DNA of 44,572 nucleotides from a virus (lineage: Duplodnaviria > Caudoviricetes). The translations under genes and the position numbers were made by a program. Numbering within the stretch: position 1 is the first letter of the stretch; each line of letters begins with the position of its first letter. The notes beneath the pieces are model-generated. The model saw only the letters and a program-made list of their open reading frames with translations. It ran no database searches and was not told the origin of the DNA. The stretch lies in the IMG/VR virus record IMGVR_UViG_3300033487_000014, positions 1 through 44,572 of that record, one strand, 5' to 3'. Below, piece after piece: positions 7,467 to 16,700 of this stretch.

Positions 7467-7576
7467 TGTATCAACCAACAGAACAGGAAAGTTTAATGAT
7501 AGTGATTTTTGTGTTTGTAATTTTGCCTCTTGTATGGCTTTGGGCGTGTAAAGGATTAAATGAAAGGAAACCATAA
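7466..7576 (+). CDS. Small membrane peptide (36 aa)
   Basis: MYQPTEQESLMIVIFVFVILPLVWLWACKGLNERKP; stop overlaps the next ATG. Confidence 0.5.
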   Translation: MYQPTEQESLMIVIFVFVILPLVWLWACKGLNERKP

Positions 7577-7830
7577 TGGATAAAAGGATTGAGGAAAAGA
7601 TTGAGAGTTTATTAAATGAGTACGCCAAGAGTCCTTATTTAGAAGGTTCTGGCGGTATTACTCAATACCAAGTAGTCCAAGCCCTCACAAAGCTGGTGGA
7701 AGATGAGAAGGTGGTTGTGATAAACAAATTAAGGGAGTGGTACAAAGACGACAAAGTAGCGTTGAAAGATTTTGAAATAGCCCTAACCAAATTAGATAAG
7801 GAGGAAAATGGAACAATCAGAAAAAATTGA
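7576..7830 (+). CDS. Hypothetical protein
   Basis: SD AAGGA; 84-aa ORF. Confidence 0.65.
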   Translation: MDKRIEEKIESLLNEYAKSPYLEGSGGITQYQVVQALTKLVEDEKVVVINKLREWYKDDKVALKDFEIALTKLDKEENGTIRKN

Positions 7831-8065
7831 TACTTTAATAAAGGTTGCTAAGAAGTATAAAATTGATAGACCGAAACCCTACGCTAAAGTGGAATATTGG
7901 GATTCAGTAAATGAAAGGATACAGGTTATAGAGTTTGGTGGGGATAAGGAGGTATCAGGTTGGGAATATAGCGGAGTGAAAGCACCGAGCAAGTTGGCGT
8001 GGTTTTTGCTAGGTACAGCGTGGGCTGCTCTAATAATTTGGATGGTTATTTGGTTTAGCAAATGA
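7808..8065 (+). CDS. Hypothetical protein with C-terminal transmembrane helix
   Basis: SD GGAGG; hydrophobic C-terminus. Confidence 0.65.
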   Translation: MEQSEKIDTLIKVAKKYKIDRPKPYAKVEYWDSVNERIQVIEFGGDKEVSGWEYSGVKAPSKLAWFLLGTAWAALIIWMVIWFSK

Positions 8066-8511
8066 ACGCAGAACAACAGTATCAACTGTCCATAGAGGAC
8101 ACCGAGCACATTTTGGAGGTATATCGGCAGTGGATACCCCGTACCCTCGAAGGGGATTGGTTTCCTCATATAAAGTTTGTGGAGGCTCCCAAGTTTGCGG
8201 ATTTTGACTATTACGTTTATTTGGATGACGAGCTAGACCATCAGATTGAGGTTAAGCATAGAAACAATACACTGGACAGATGGATACATACAAAAGTACC
8301 TCTTAGAAAACACTCTACAGCAGAACATCTTATGGAACGCTACGGCAGAAAAACCTACTTTGTTTGTGGATTTACAGACTGCACGGCGGTCCTACCTCTT
8401 TGGGAAGAGCCGGATGAGGACTCAACAATGGTGGCACGCTATGACCGGGGAGAGGACGAGGATTTGTACGCTATGTATAAGGTTACACGATTCAAAAAGA
8501 TATCACCCTGA
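8062..8511 (+). CDS. PD-(D/E)XK nuclease-like protein
   Basis: FADFDY...QIEVKHR motif. Confidence 0.65.
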   Translation: MNAEQQYQLSIEDTEHILEVYRQWIPRTLEGDWFPHIKFVEAPKFADFDYYVYLDDELDHQIEVKHRNNTLDRWIHTKVPLRKHSTAEHLMERYGRKTYFVCGFTDCTAVLPLWEEPDEDSTMVARYDRGEDEDLYAMYKVTRFKKISP

Positions 8512-8560
8512 AAGAAAAGCCATAAGTGTACCAGCACGATTGCCGGCAGACCTATGGCTA
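8510..8560 (-). terminator. Intrinsic terminator of the phosphoesterase gene
   Basis: Minus strand AGCCAUAGG-UC-UGCCGGCA-aucg-UGCUGGUA-CA-CUUAUGGCU then UUUCUUU. Confidence 0.65.
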
Positions 8561-8565
8561 GTGGT

Positions 8566-9558
8566 TTAGAGACTCAGAACGTATCTCCAAGAGATACCCT
8601 TTTTGGGGTGTACTCCTAGAAGAAGTTGCTCCGGAACAGAGGCGACTCCGATATGCTCCTCAGCATACTCATCGTCGGTAACAAACGAGCCGTTGACGAA
8701 GATGCTGAGCTGGTTGAACCGCATCCCGGCTATTGCCGAATGGAAGTGCCCGTAGATGAAGTTGGTCAACCGAATCTTGTCCCGGTAGGCGTTTTGCCAT
8801 CTCTCCGCTTGCCGTGTCATCCCGTAGTGCGGGAGCGAGTAATACCGAAGAATCATATCCCCGTGTGTTGCCAGGAACCCCTGACCCTCGACCCTGAAAA
8901 GGGCTTTCCAGTCCTTATCGTGAATGTTCCACACCAGACGGTTTTGTCCCCTTGTGGCAACCTCCAATGCCTTGTAGAGAACAAAATCCCAGTTGGTTGA
9001 CTTGGAAGAAGTCCACTTTGCAGCGTTCTGTCTCCCGTGATTTCCCCTCACCGCTTGAACCTCCACCTCCTCGAAGTTTGCCAGTAGGAACGTGAAGAAC
9101 TCCGTAAAGGCGGGAAGTGCCAGTGTGAAGATTTGGTCCAACACGGTATGGCTGATATGCTCTACCGCTTGCGAGGGATAGACCGATTCCGCATCCACCA
9201 CATCTCCGCAGAACACCACCACAATCTTCTTGATTGGGCGGATAGTGCGAAGTCCTGTGATGATGGACATTGTGTTGTCTTGCAGCCTATGGAGCCGCTT
9301 GACGAACACGCCAGGGTTGTACGACGGGGTTTTCTTCCCCACGTGCACATCTGAGATGACCAGCACAGCCGTTTCAGGATAGTGCGAACCATCAGGAACG
9401 TACAGTTGCGGGGTCGGAATGGTAGGAAACACCGCTACAGCGTTTCGCACCGTCGCTACGATTGAATCGGCGAGGACCTCGTTGTTCTCGTACTGCGTTA
9501 CGAGACCCTTGAACCGCTTGAGGTCTGCCCTCAGTTTGGTCTCAGTCTTTGCGTCCAT
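8566..9558 (-). CDS. Calcineurin-like metallophosphoesterase
   Basis: All five motifs present: SDVH, GDVVD, GNHG, HGD, GHFH; SD AGGAGG. Confidence 0.9.
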   Translation of the reverse strand: MDAKTETKLRADLKRFKGLVTQYENNEVLADSIVATVRNAVAVFPTIPTPQLYVPDGSHYPETAVLVISDVHVGKKTPSYNPGVFVKRLHRLQDNTMSIITGLRTIRPIKKIVVVFCGDVVDAESVYPSQAVEHISHTVLDQIFTLALPAFTEFFTFLLANFEEVEVQAVRGNHGRQNAAKWTSSKSTNWDFVLYKALEVATRGQNRLVWNIHDKDWKALFRVEGQGFLATHGDMILRYYSLPHYGMTRQAERWQNAYRDKIRLTNFIYGHFHSAIAGMRFNQLSIFVNGSFVTDDEYAEEHIGVASVPEQLLLGVHPKKGISWRYVLSL

Positions 9559-9621
9559 TTCTTGCCTCCTCTATTCAGTTTTCAAAACCACTTTATTCAG
9601 AATAGATTTTCAGGTGAGTTA

Positions 9622-9649
9622 TTGCAACTCGACAGAAGTGTTATAAAAT
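9622..9649 (+). promoter_or_regulatory. Sigma70 promoter, probably leaderless
   Basis: TTGCAA-N16-TAAAAT; ATG 6 nt downstream. Confidence 0.5.
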
Positions 9650-9655
9650 ACATAT

Positions 9656-9859
9656 ATGCCCAATCAGAGTACCTCGGAAATAGTCAGAAGAATCCAGGAA
9701 GGATGCAAAAGACTAGCTGAGGAGGAACGGGTAACAAGGGTCCAAAGGGGAGAAGCACCCAGGTTTAATAACTCCGATGAGGTGTTGGCTTTATTTAACG
9801 GCAGCCCCCCAACTTCGGAAGAAATTGGAAAGGATGTGAGAGAAAATGCTAGTAGGTAA
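9656..9859 (+). CDS. Hypothetical protein
   Basis: 67-aa ORF behind the promoter. Confidence 0.55.
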   Translation: MPNQSTSEIVRRIQEGCKRLAEEERVTRVQRGEAPRFNNSDEVLALFNGSPPTSEEIGKDVRENASR

Positions 9860-9938
9860 GAAAATACAGATAGAAAAGAAACTTACGTTTTGGCAGAGAG
9901 TTAAAAAAGGATGGTGGTGTTTTAAGCAACGCTATTGA
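9846..9938 (+). CDS. Small basic peptide (30 aa)
   Basis: MLVGKKIQIEKKLTFWQRVKKGWWCFKQRY; SD-like GGATGTGA. Confidence 0.4.
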   Translation: MLVGKKIQIEKKLTFWQRVKKGWWCFKQRY

Positions 9939-9964
9939 CAATCCTATTTATCCTGTTATAAGAT
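9935..9964 (+). promoter_or_regulatory. Sigma70 promoter, probably leaderless
   Basis: TTGACA-N18-TAAGAT (or N16-TATAAG); GTG 6 nt after TAAGAT. Confidence 0.6.
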
Positions 9965-9970
9965 AGGGGC

Positions 9971-10282
9971 GTGCCAATAGATTTAACGGATTTTACTCAG
10001 ATTCCTAGACAGGCTTATTACCCAAAGGACGAGCCGGTACGAAAAGTTCCCAGTTATATAGAAAATAAAATGACCCCTATTGACCCTGCTACAGTGGACT
10101 CAGAGATGTATGAAACACTAGAAAAGGAAGGACGCAGGGATGAAACCTTTAAGAAAACTCACTGGTCCATAAATGACTTTGCCGGTGTTCCTTATAATGC
10201 AGCAGATGCCGCCAGGATGAGGAAAGAAAGGGGTATGGAAGAACCTGATAAAATGATTAAAGCGTCAGAGCATTTAGATTAA
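9971..10282 (+). CDS. Hypothetical protein
   Basis: 103-aa ORF. Confidence 0.65.
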   Translation: MPIDLTDFTQIPRQAYYPKDEPVRKVPSYIENKMTPIDPATVDSEMYETLEKEGRRDETFKKTHWSINDFAGVPYNAADAARMRKERGMEEPDKMIKASEHLD

Positions 10283-10300
10283 ATTTGTAAGGAGGTGTAT

Positions 10301-10642
10301 ATGGAAAAAGAAGAACCGAAGTACAAGCCGTTACAAGAGCGTCGTTGGGAAAAGGAGAAGGCTAAGGATTCAGTCGCTCCAGTTGAGCCTGTTGTGGTAA
10401 CACCCGAAACTCTTGCGGCAGAAAGGGAGAAAGTTAAGGCAAACGCAGGAGCATCTCTTGACGTTAAACCTACTGCAAAAACTACCAGTGTGATATTTAA
10501 GTCTATTGATGGTAGAAAGTTGCAGGTAGGAATAAATAAGGACTCCTGGGAAGGAACTACAATAACGGTTCCTAAAATAGTTGCCGATGATGTAGAAAGA
10601 CTCTTAGCCGACGGTCATTATTTGGCTACGAGAATTAACTAA
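10301..10642 (+). CDS. Protein with C-terminal domain shared with the GT2-GT4 fusion
   Basis: SD AGGAGGTG; VGINKDSWEGTTITVPKIVADDVERLLAD. Confidence 0.75.
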   Translation: MEKEEPKYKPLQERRWEKEKAKDSVAPVEPVVVTPETLAAEREKVKANAGASLDVKPTAKTTSVIFKSIDGRKLQVGINKDSWEGTTITVPKIVADDVERLLADGHYLATRIN

Positions 10643-10941
10643 TGTTAGGAAAAAAGACAGATACAAAACAATACAGCGTGAGCCAAGAGGACGTTTACGA
10701 GATTTCAAGGCTGGCACAGGGTCAGTGGTTGGTGCAGAAAATCTTTAAGTATTCTGTAGCAGGTTTTAATCAGGAAATTGGTAATATCCAAAAGAACATA
10801 GTTGCCAAACTCGCCATTGACGAGGAGAAGTATGATGTAGACTGGGCGACGCTGTTTAAGGATAACAAGATTTACACTCATCCTAAACCTGTAGAGGAGA
10901 AGAAAGAAGATGCCCAACCTAGCGTACCAACGGGGGTATAA
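10642..10941 (+). CDS. Hypothetical protein
   Basis: Coupled ORF (TAATG). Confidence 0.65.
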   Translation: MLGKKTDTKQYSVSQEDVYEISRLAQGQWLVQKIFKYSVAGFNQEIGNIQKNIVAKLAIDEEKYDVDWATLFKDNKIYTHPKPVEEKKEDAQPSVPTGV

Positions 10942-11251
10942 CCGGGAACGTAAGATTAAACAAGAGCTTGAGGGGGAGGGGTATGCCCTTGTAGTGAGAA
11001 CAGCCGGTAGTCATTCCCCCGTGGATGTGATAGCAATAAAAGAAATGGCGGTGATTCCTGGTTGGGGACTGTGCTTTACAGGTAAACTGGTCCAATCTAA
11101 AACGTCAACAAGGTTTAAGCACATCAGAAAAATTGAGGAGTCTATCGAGACTAAAAATGGAAGTATAATTTACGAAAGATGGGAGTTTCCCACGAATGAA
11201 AAAAGGATTAAGCATATCAACCCTAAACGACGACGAACTGCAAAGCAGTAA
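10910..11251 (+). CDS. Holliday junction resolvase-like (Hjc-type) nuclease
   Basis: YQRGYNRERKIKQELE..GY..VRTAGSHSPVDVIAI...LVQSK. Confidence 0.8.
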   Translation: MPNLAYQRGYNRERKIKQELEGEGYALVVRTAGSHSPVDVIAIKEMAVIPGWGLCFTGKLVQSKTSTRFKHIRKIEESIETKNGSIIYERWEFPTNEKRIKHINPKRRRTAKQ

Positions 11252-11750
11252 GGCTAGAGTCGCCCCGATTATAGATTACATCCTGACCCGTTACCCGCAA
11301 GTAGCACTCGACCCTATGAATCCAATAAATGCCGGCAAGATACGGACCTGGGGTCCGTTTGATTTTCTAGGGGAGAAAGCTCTACCCCTTGCAATAGCAC
11401 TCTCACAATATGGGTATGATGTTAGGGTAGTTGTTCCTACCTTTTCCTCTAAGGTCAGAGTAAAGGTAAATGCGGAACGGCACGCAGGAATATTTAAAGA
11501 TGTTGTTATCGCAGACTACCCCGGTCCAGTACCGGAGGGTAGCATTTTATTCGTCATTGATACAATAAGCGAACGTAAAAGGTTCCGGGAAATCCGGGAG
11601 CTTATAAAAACGTGGTTAAGAAATCATCACGAGGTTGTTTGTGTGCTGCCTCGAGACAGAAATTGGTCTCTGCTTATGACAGAGGACTTTTCTGTGTCCA
11701 CGATAACAGCAACGTACGATGACGTCTTTATCGCAATTACAAGTAAATAG
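11196..11750 (+). CDS. Degenerate SAM-methyltransferase-like protein
   Basis: LAIALSQYGYDV...NAER...VIAD...IDTISE order of elements; glycine-rich motif I is absent. Confidence 0.45.
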   Translation: MKKGLSISTLNDDELQSSKARVAPIIDYILTRYPQVALDPMNPINAGKIRTWGPFDFLGEKALPLAIALSQYGYDVRVVVPTFSSKVRVKVNAERHAGIFKDVVIADYPGPVPEGSILFVIDTISERKRFREIRELIKTWLRNHHEVVCVLPRDRNWSLLMTEDFSVSTITATYDDVFIAITSK

Positions 11751-11964
11751 GTCGTCTAACCTATCCAAAGATGAATTGGATGCACTTGAGAGGACCTGGC
11801 TTTCTCAAGGTAAGAGCCTGTCCCGCATAAGGTATCTGAGGTACTACTACCGCAACAGGGAGAGATACCTAAGTAAAAGCAAGAAGAGCAAGAACACTTC
11901 CAGAACGGCTCCTCTCGATGAGTTTGTAGAAAAGGTTGATATAAAGCCGGGACTTATTTTTTAA
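11719..11964 (+). CDS. Basic hypothetical protein
   Basis: RYYYRNRERYL basic segment. Confidence 0.55.
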   Translation: MTSLSQLQVNRSSNLSKDELDALERTWLSQGKSLSRIRYLRYYYRNRERYLSKSKKSKNTSRTAPLDEFVEKVDIKPGLIF

Positions 11965-12313
11965 GCGGGTTTCCCGCAGCATCGGCTACAGGGATGGGTT
12001 TGATAATAGGCTCAACCCGTATTGAGTTGGTTGGTGTAGTCGGTTCCCTGACTATCTTCTCCTGCATATTTTTAAGTACCTTACCTCCCCCCATTTTCTT
12101 ACCCAGTACCAGCCAGCGTGGGGGAATCTGTTTACCTCGGGCTATTGCCAGTCCGGTAAAAAAGAAATACCAAAATGCCGTAGTTAGAACAATAATAAAG
12201 TCATAGAATCCAAAGGGTTTAATACGGGTACCTGATAGAACGTCCCCTAAACGCTTTAGTACCGGCTCTTTAGCTGGTATATCGTGTCTTGTATTCGGTA
12301 TAATTTCAAACAT
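11954..12313 (-). CDS. Membrane protein of the lysis region
   Basis: One hydrophobic helix; last gene of the late arm. Confidence 0.6.
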   Translation of the reverse strand: MFEIIPNTRHDIPAKEPVLKRLGDVLSGTRIKPFGFYDFIIVLTTAFWYFFFTGLAIARGKQIPPRWLVLGKKMGGGKVLKNMQEKIVREPTTPTNSIRVEPIIKPIPVADAAGNPLKK

Positions 12314-12534
12314 TATGGTTCTTCCCCCCTGTTCTCCACAGCATTTACAATCTGAGTACCGACGTTGCCGATTACATAAATACCACCAATTACTGTTGCA
12401 AAGTCCATAAATTCTTTAGGTTCTACTCTACCAGTCAACACTAGCACATAAGACATAACAATCACCATAATGGCATACAGAAACTTCCTACTTAAAAGAC
12501 CTTCTAATCTTTCTACTAATAACACTGGCATCAC
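12313..12534 (-). CDS. Holin-like membrane protein
   Basis: LLSRKF followed by two TM segments, GIYVIGN; downstream of the lysin. Confidence 0.65.
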   Translation of the reverse strand: MMPVLLVERLEGLLSRKFLYAIMVIVMSYVLVLTGRVEPKEFMDFATVIGGIYVIGNVGTQIVNAVENRGEEP

Positions 12535-12538
12535 CTCC

Positions 12539-12736
12539 CTATCTAATCAACGGTTGCATTATACCAAGCACACCGAATAACCACACAACTGCAATCAAAA
12601 CCAAAACCCAGTATATAATCTGTCCCCACTTTTCGGAAATACCAAGTGCCGCAGTTATTAAACCAAGTAGTTTAAAAAGAATCACAAGGACCACAACTAC
12701 TGCTATGACTGTTAAAATCATTGTTATTGACAACAT
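12539..12736 (-). CDS. Two-TM membrane protein (holin-like)
   Basis: Almost entirely hydrophobic; SD AGGAGGTGA. Confidence 0.65.
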   Translation of the reverse strand: MLSITMILTVIAVVVVLVILFKLLGLITAALGISEKWGQIIYWVLVLIAVVWLFGVLGIMQPLIR

Positions 12737-12748
12737 ATTATCACCTCC

Positions 12749-13486
12749 TTACTTTAACGCATCTTCAGCTATTTCGTCAATCTTTTTAATTGCGTCGATA
12801 AGGTTGGAGATATGAGCCAGAGCTATCTGATGTTCTGCTAATAGGGCATCGTACTTGACCTTCCATTCGTCTGTAGGAATGTCAGTATAACCATACTTCC
12901 TTAACTGCGTTAGGTCGCCATAGAATACGTTACCATCCACGTTTCCTGCTATGCCGGTTACAGTCTCGTGATTGGAATACTGCCGGATAGCAGTAACACT
13001 CCACGGACCAGCCGGTGCAGGAGCATCCGGGTTGTAGTCCCAGTAGGCTAACCAAAGACCATATCCTAAAGCTACGATAGGAGACCAGTCATAGGAGGTC
13101 ATTAGATACTTGTTTATGTAAATAAGTGGCTTGTAGCCCCCCAGGACGTGCGACACACGGTTTAAAAAGGCTAGGCACCAACTGACCGGGTCTGTATATC
13201 TTTCCTCAAAGTCAAGACAGAGAAATTCCCCCTGTTGCAAGGTTCCCACTGTTTGTAGAAACCAATCAGCCTCATCTTCAGCTTTGTTGTATGTCGGGTA
13301 GGCGTAGTGATAGAAGCCGTGAGCTTTGTTCGGTAGTTTTCTAAGCTCTACGATGTTTCGGGCAAACTGTTTGTCAATATAACCCGTGCCGTAAGAGGAC
13401 CGGGCAATTACAAACTCTATATCTGCCGGTAAAATTGCAAAGTTTACTGGACCCTGCCAGGATGAAATATCTACACCTTTAATCAT
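12749..13486 (-). CDS. Endolysin, GH25 muramidase with C-terminal coiled coil
   Basis: GVDISSWQG, GFYHYA, LDFE, LWLAYW, RQYS, VDGN. Confidence 0.92.
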   Translation of the reverse strand: MIKGVDISSWQGPVNFAILPADIEFVIARSSYGTGYIDKQFARNIVELRKLPNKAHGFYHYAYPTYNKAEDEADWFLQTVGTLQQGEFLCLDFEERYTDPVSWCLAFLNRVSHVLGGYKPLIYINKYLMTSYDWSPIVALGYGLWLAYWDYNPDAPAPAGPWSVTAIRQYSNHETVTGIAGNVDGNVFYGDLTQLRKYGYTDIPTDEWKVKYDALLAEHQIALAHISNLIDAIKKIDEIAEDALK

Positions 13487-13507
13487 AAAGTTCCTTTCTT
13501 AACTTTA

Positions 13508-13756
13508 CTACTCTGATGCGTGTTTATCAAGTTCTTTTCTGATGTACAGTACATCCTTTTGAATTTCAGCCAGGCGTACCTGTATATCCTGATTGATTTT
13601 CGTTTGGGACGCATTGATTTCTTCTAAAGAATCTACTCTTTTGTCTACGTTATCAAGTCTAGCGGTCATTACTCCCCAGGCGACTCCTAATGCGACAAGT
13701 GGTATCAGTATAGACAAGAAGAAATTTACTTCAGGCTTTGAAAGATAATCTTTCAT
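13508..13756 (-). CDS. Single-TM coiled-coil protein (holin/lysis accessory)
   Basis: TM helix plus heptad repeats, upstream of the lysin. Confidence 0.65.
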   Translation of the reverse strand: MKDYLSKPEVNFFLSILIPLVALGVAWGVMTARLDNVDKRVDSLEEINASQTKINQDIQVRLAEIQKDVLYIRKELDKHASE

Positions 13757-13757
13757 A

Positions 13758-16700
13758 CTACGCCTCCAAAAGTGTAATTGGCACTTCGTTTTCTATTAAA
13801 TTACTACCTGTGCTCAAGTCTAGGACCCAATTATCCGTCTGATATGAGCTGAAATAGACTGTATATGTAAGACTATCTACATCAGTTAAGGTGTAGAATT
13901 TCTTAGCTGTTTTCAAATCCAGTATCACTCTATGTATGTCTCTGCCAAGCACCTTGACATACAACCCGGCAGCGTGAGTAGCCAAAGCGTAGGTTCCCGT
14001 AGCGGGAATACCTGTCAACTGTACGTTTCCTGTATCTATTTCCGTGTAAGAGAAGGTATCAACCGTTCCATCCGCTAGGATTACAGAAGCGTAAGCTGTA
14101 GAGCCATTGGGGTCCGGGAATCCCTCTATTGTAGTAAGTGTAAGTGTGGTGTCTCCGGCTGTGCAGCCCGTCCCAATCTTAGCAATAGGTACTGTCTCAT
14201 CTCCCCACTTCATATTGTCCGGGCATACTAGGGTCATTTTCCAGATATACTTAATATCAGGAGCAATCTGATACTTAGTTATAATCTTTTTCAAAGTTGG
14301 AGTATGAGTTGTATCGCTTGTCTCGAGAACTATTTTCAAACAAACCTTTTTACTGTAAACATCCACTCCAAAGATGGATGTATCTTCTATAGAACTCTCC
14401 GTATCGGCTGTGCCTAAACTCGTCCAGTCGTCCGATTCCTTAAACTTGTAGTAAACATCAATAGAACAACCGGAAGGAAGAGTCTCGTATTGAAGCGTTA
14501 CCTCTCTAAGTAATTTATCTATTGAGGGAAGAGACGCCTCGAAATAAGAGGTCTGCAACCATCCCGAGGACTGGTAATTAGTAGCGTTGGTGGTATAAAC
14601 ATACCCGGTATCTCCACCAGCTATCAGGTTGTTGTTAAATACGAATAGCGAGTACCAGGTGCGACTTGTTGCGGAAAAGGCAAGATGCAAGCCGTTTCTG
14701 TCAAAGACATAGACTCCCTCATATCCGGATGCTGAGTAGCCTGGGGTCGGAGCGACAGCAAGTGTCAATTTATCGTCCCATTTGCACATCTTAATTATCT
14801 GAACATCCCACGGGAACTCAAAGAGCTTGTCTATAGTAGCCGTATTGTAGACATAAAGTCTTTTGTGTATGGTCCCGACAAAAAGCATCGTATCAAAAGA
14901 CTCCAAAGAGGTTACAACCGTGTGCTCAAAAGAACCCACCATACCCCACTGATATTCGTCGTAGTAATATAGGAACCCCGAGTACATCGTAGAACTGCCG
15001 TAAAGTTGCTCCGGGTATCCACCACCAACCATTAACTGTCCGTTGTACTCTACCATCGCCAGGACATAGCCGGGGTTTCTAGGCTCTGTAATACTCTTAG
15101 AAACCGTAAAGGTTGCCATATCTGCTGTGTAATAGACCTTTGCCTTATGACCCATACCTATATAGACTCCTGGGGTAACACTACCAAATGCAGTCATAGC
15201 TCCAACATAGGAGTCTGTTGTTCCCGTAAACATCTTAGTTACAGCCCAATTTGTACCATCAAATGAGTAAATCCTTGCTCCACCAGTGTGTGTAACTGCT
15301 GAGTTTCCTGTTCCAAAGTAGAGTTTTGTGGTTGATGCTGCTATATCGGAGATAGTCGAGCAGGTAACTCCTGTGGATTCTCCAAGTATTCTAAAATACA
15401 TATCTACACCGGAGGCGGCTGTCCACGTAGAACCACCATCTGTTGAATAAGAGGCAGCACCCGAGGAATAAGAAGGGGACGAGGCATCGTTCGCCCAGTT
15501 ATAATCGTTATCGTTTGCAGCAGCAGAAGTTTTCAAAACCAGGTGATAAGTCGTATCTGCTGTAAGCTGTGCCGGTGTCGCAAAAGAAACTGTTTTCCAA
15601 CCGTAAGAAGTAGTAGCAAAGGCTGGAATTGTTGCTGTTAAGTTGGCACTAGCAAGTGTTCCTGAAGGCTTGCTTGAGCTGTCTGTTTCAATACGTACTG
15701 TAATGTCTCCGGGGGTACCGTTTTCTTTTTTAATGTAAACCTCGATTCCTCCAATATACATCGTCTCATCTACTTGAAATCCTTGTGCACCAGCCTGTTC
15801 GGTTCCTCCTGCATCTCCAATAACATAATAACTATCGACTCCCGATTCGTACCATTCCAGTCTATTTACATCAAAAGCCTCTGTATAAGTAGAAGCTCCA
15901 TCCCACGAGTAGATTTTCCCTCCCGATGTTCCGACGTATAACGTATAACTGGAACCTAGCTCTGTAGAGGTTAGAGTTGAATCTTGTGTATAATCTAAAG
16001 TTGGAGTTGTACTACCCGAGTAAGATGTGTAGTAGTCAATATGAATCCTACCAGCTCCTCCATTACCACCATTCCCGCCGTGTCCAGTTGACGCACCTGC
16101 ACCAGCCGAAGCAGTTACAAGAGAAGAACCAAGAGTTATTGTCTGTCCCTTTAACAGAACCGCACCTCCTGAACCTCCGCCCCCTCCTCCTCTATCTGCA
16201 CCAGCAGAACCAGCTCCCCCATTAGCTTGTATTCCTCCTGTAATAGAGATTGTCTTAGCCATTCCAAAGACCCATCCTCCACCGGCACCACCGTTACCAC
16301 CAGCATAAGTACCACTATAAGAACCGCCCCCACTACCTCCACCTGAACCCAAAGTACAGGAAGTGAGACTTGCATTTCCATAGGTCCCGCCACCGATACC
16401 ATAGCCAGTATATGTACCGTTACTACCGGCTGCTCCATAGCCACCACCTCCACCACCAGCAGCGTCATCTGCACCACCGCCCGTCTCTCTGCGTCCACCA
16501 CCACCACCGCCCCCATTTGCTGAGGATGTGTATGTTCCGGTTGTGGTCTGTGAGTCTCCCTGGTCTCCGTAGCTTTGATTTGCCCAAGCCCCCCCTGCAA
16601 ACCCCTTTCCATTTGCACTTATCGTTCCGGTAACAGTCAATGTTCCCGATGCAAGAAATACAAGTATTCCACCTACCGTTCCGTCCCACGCCTTAGCAGT

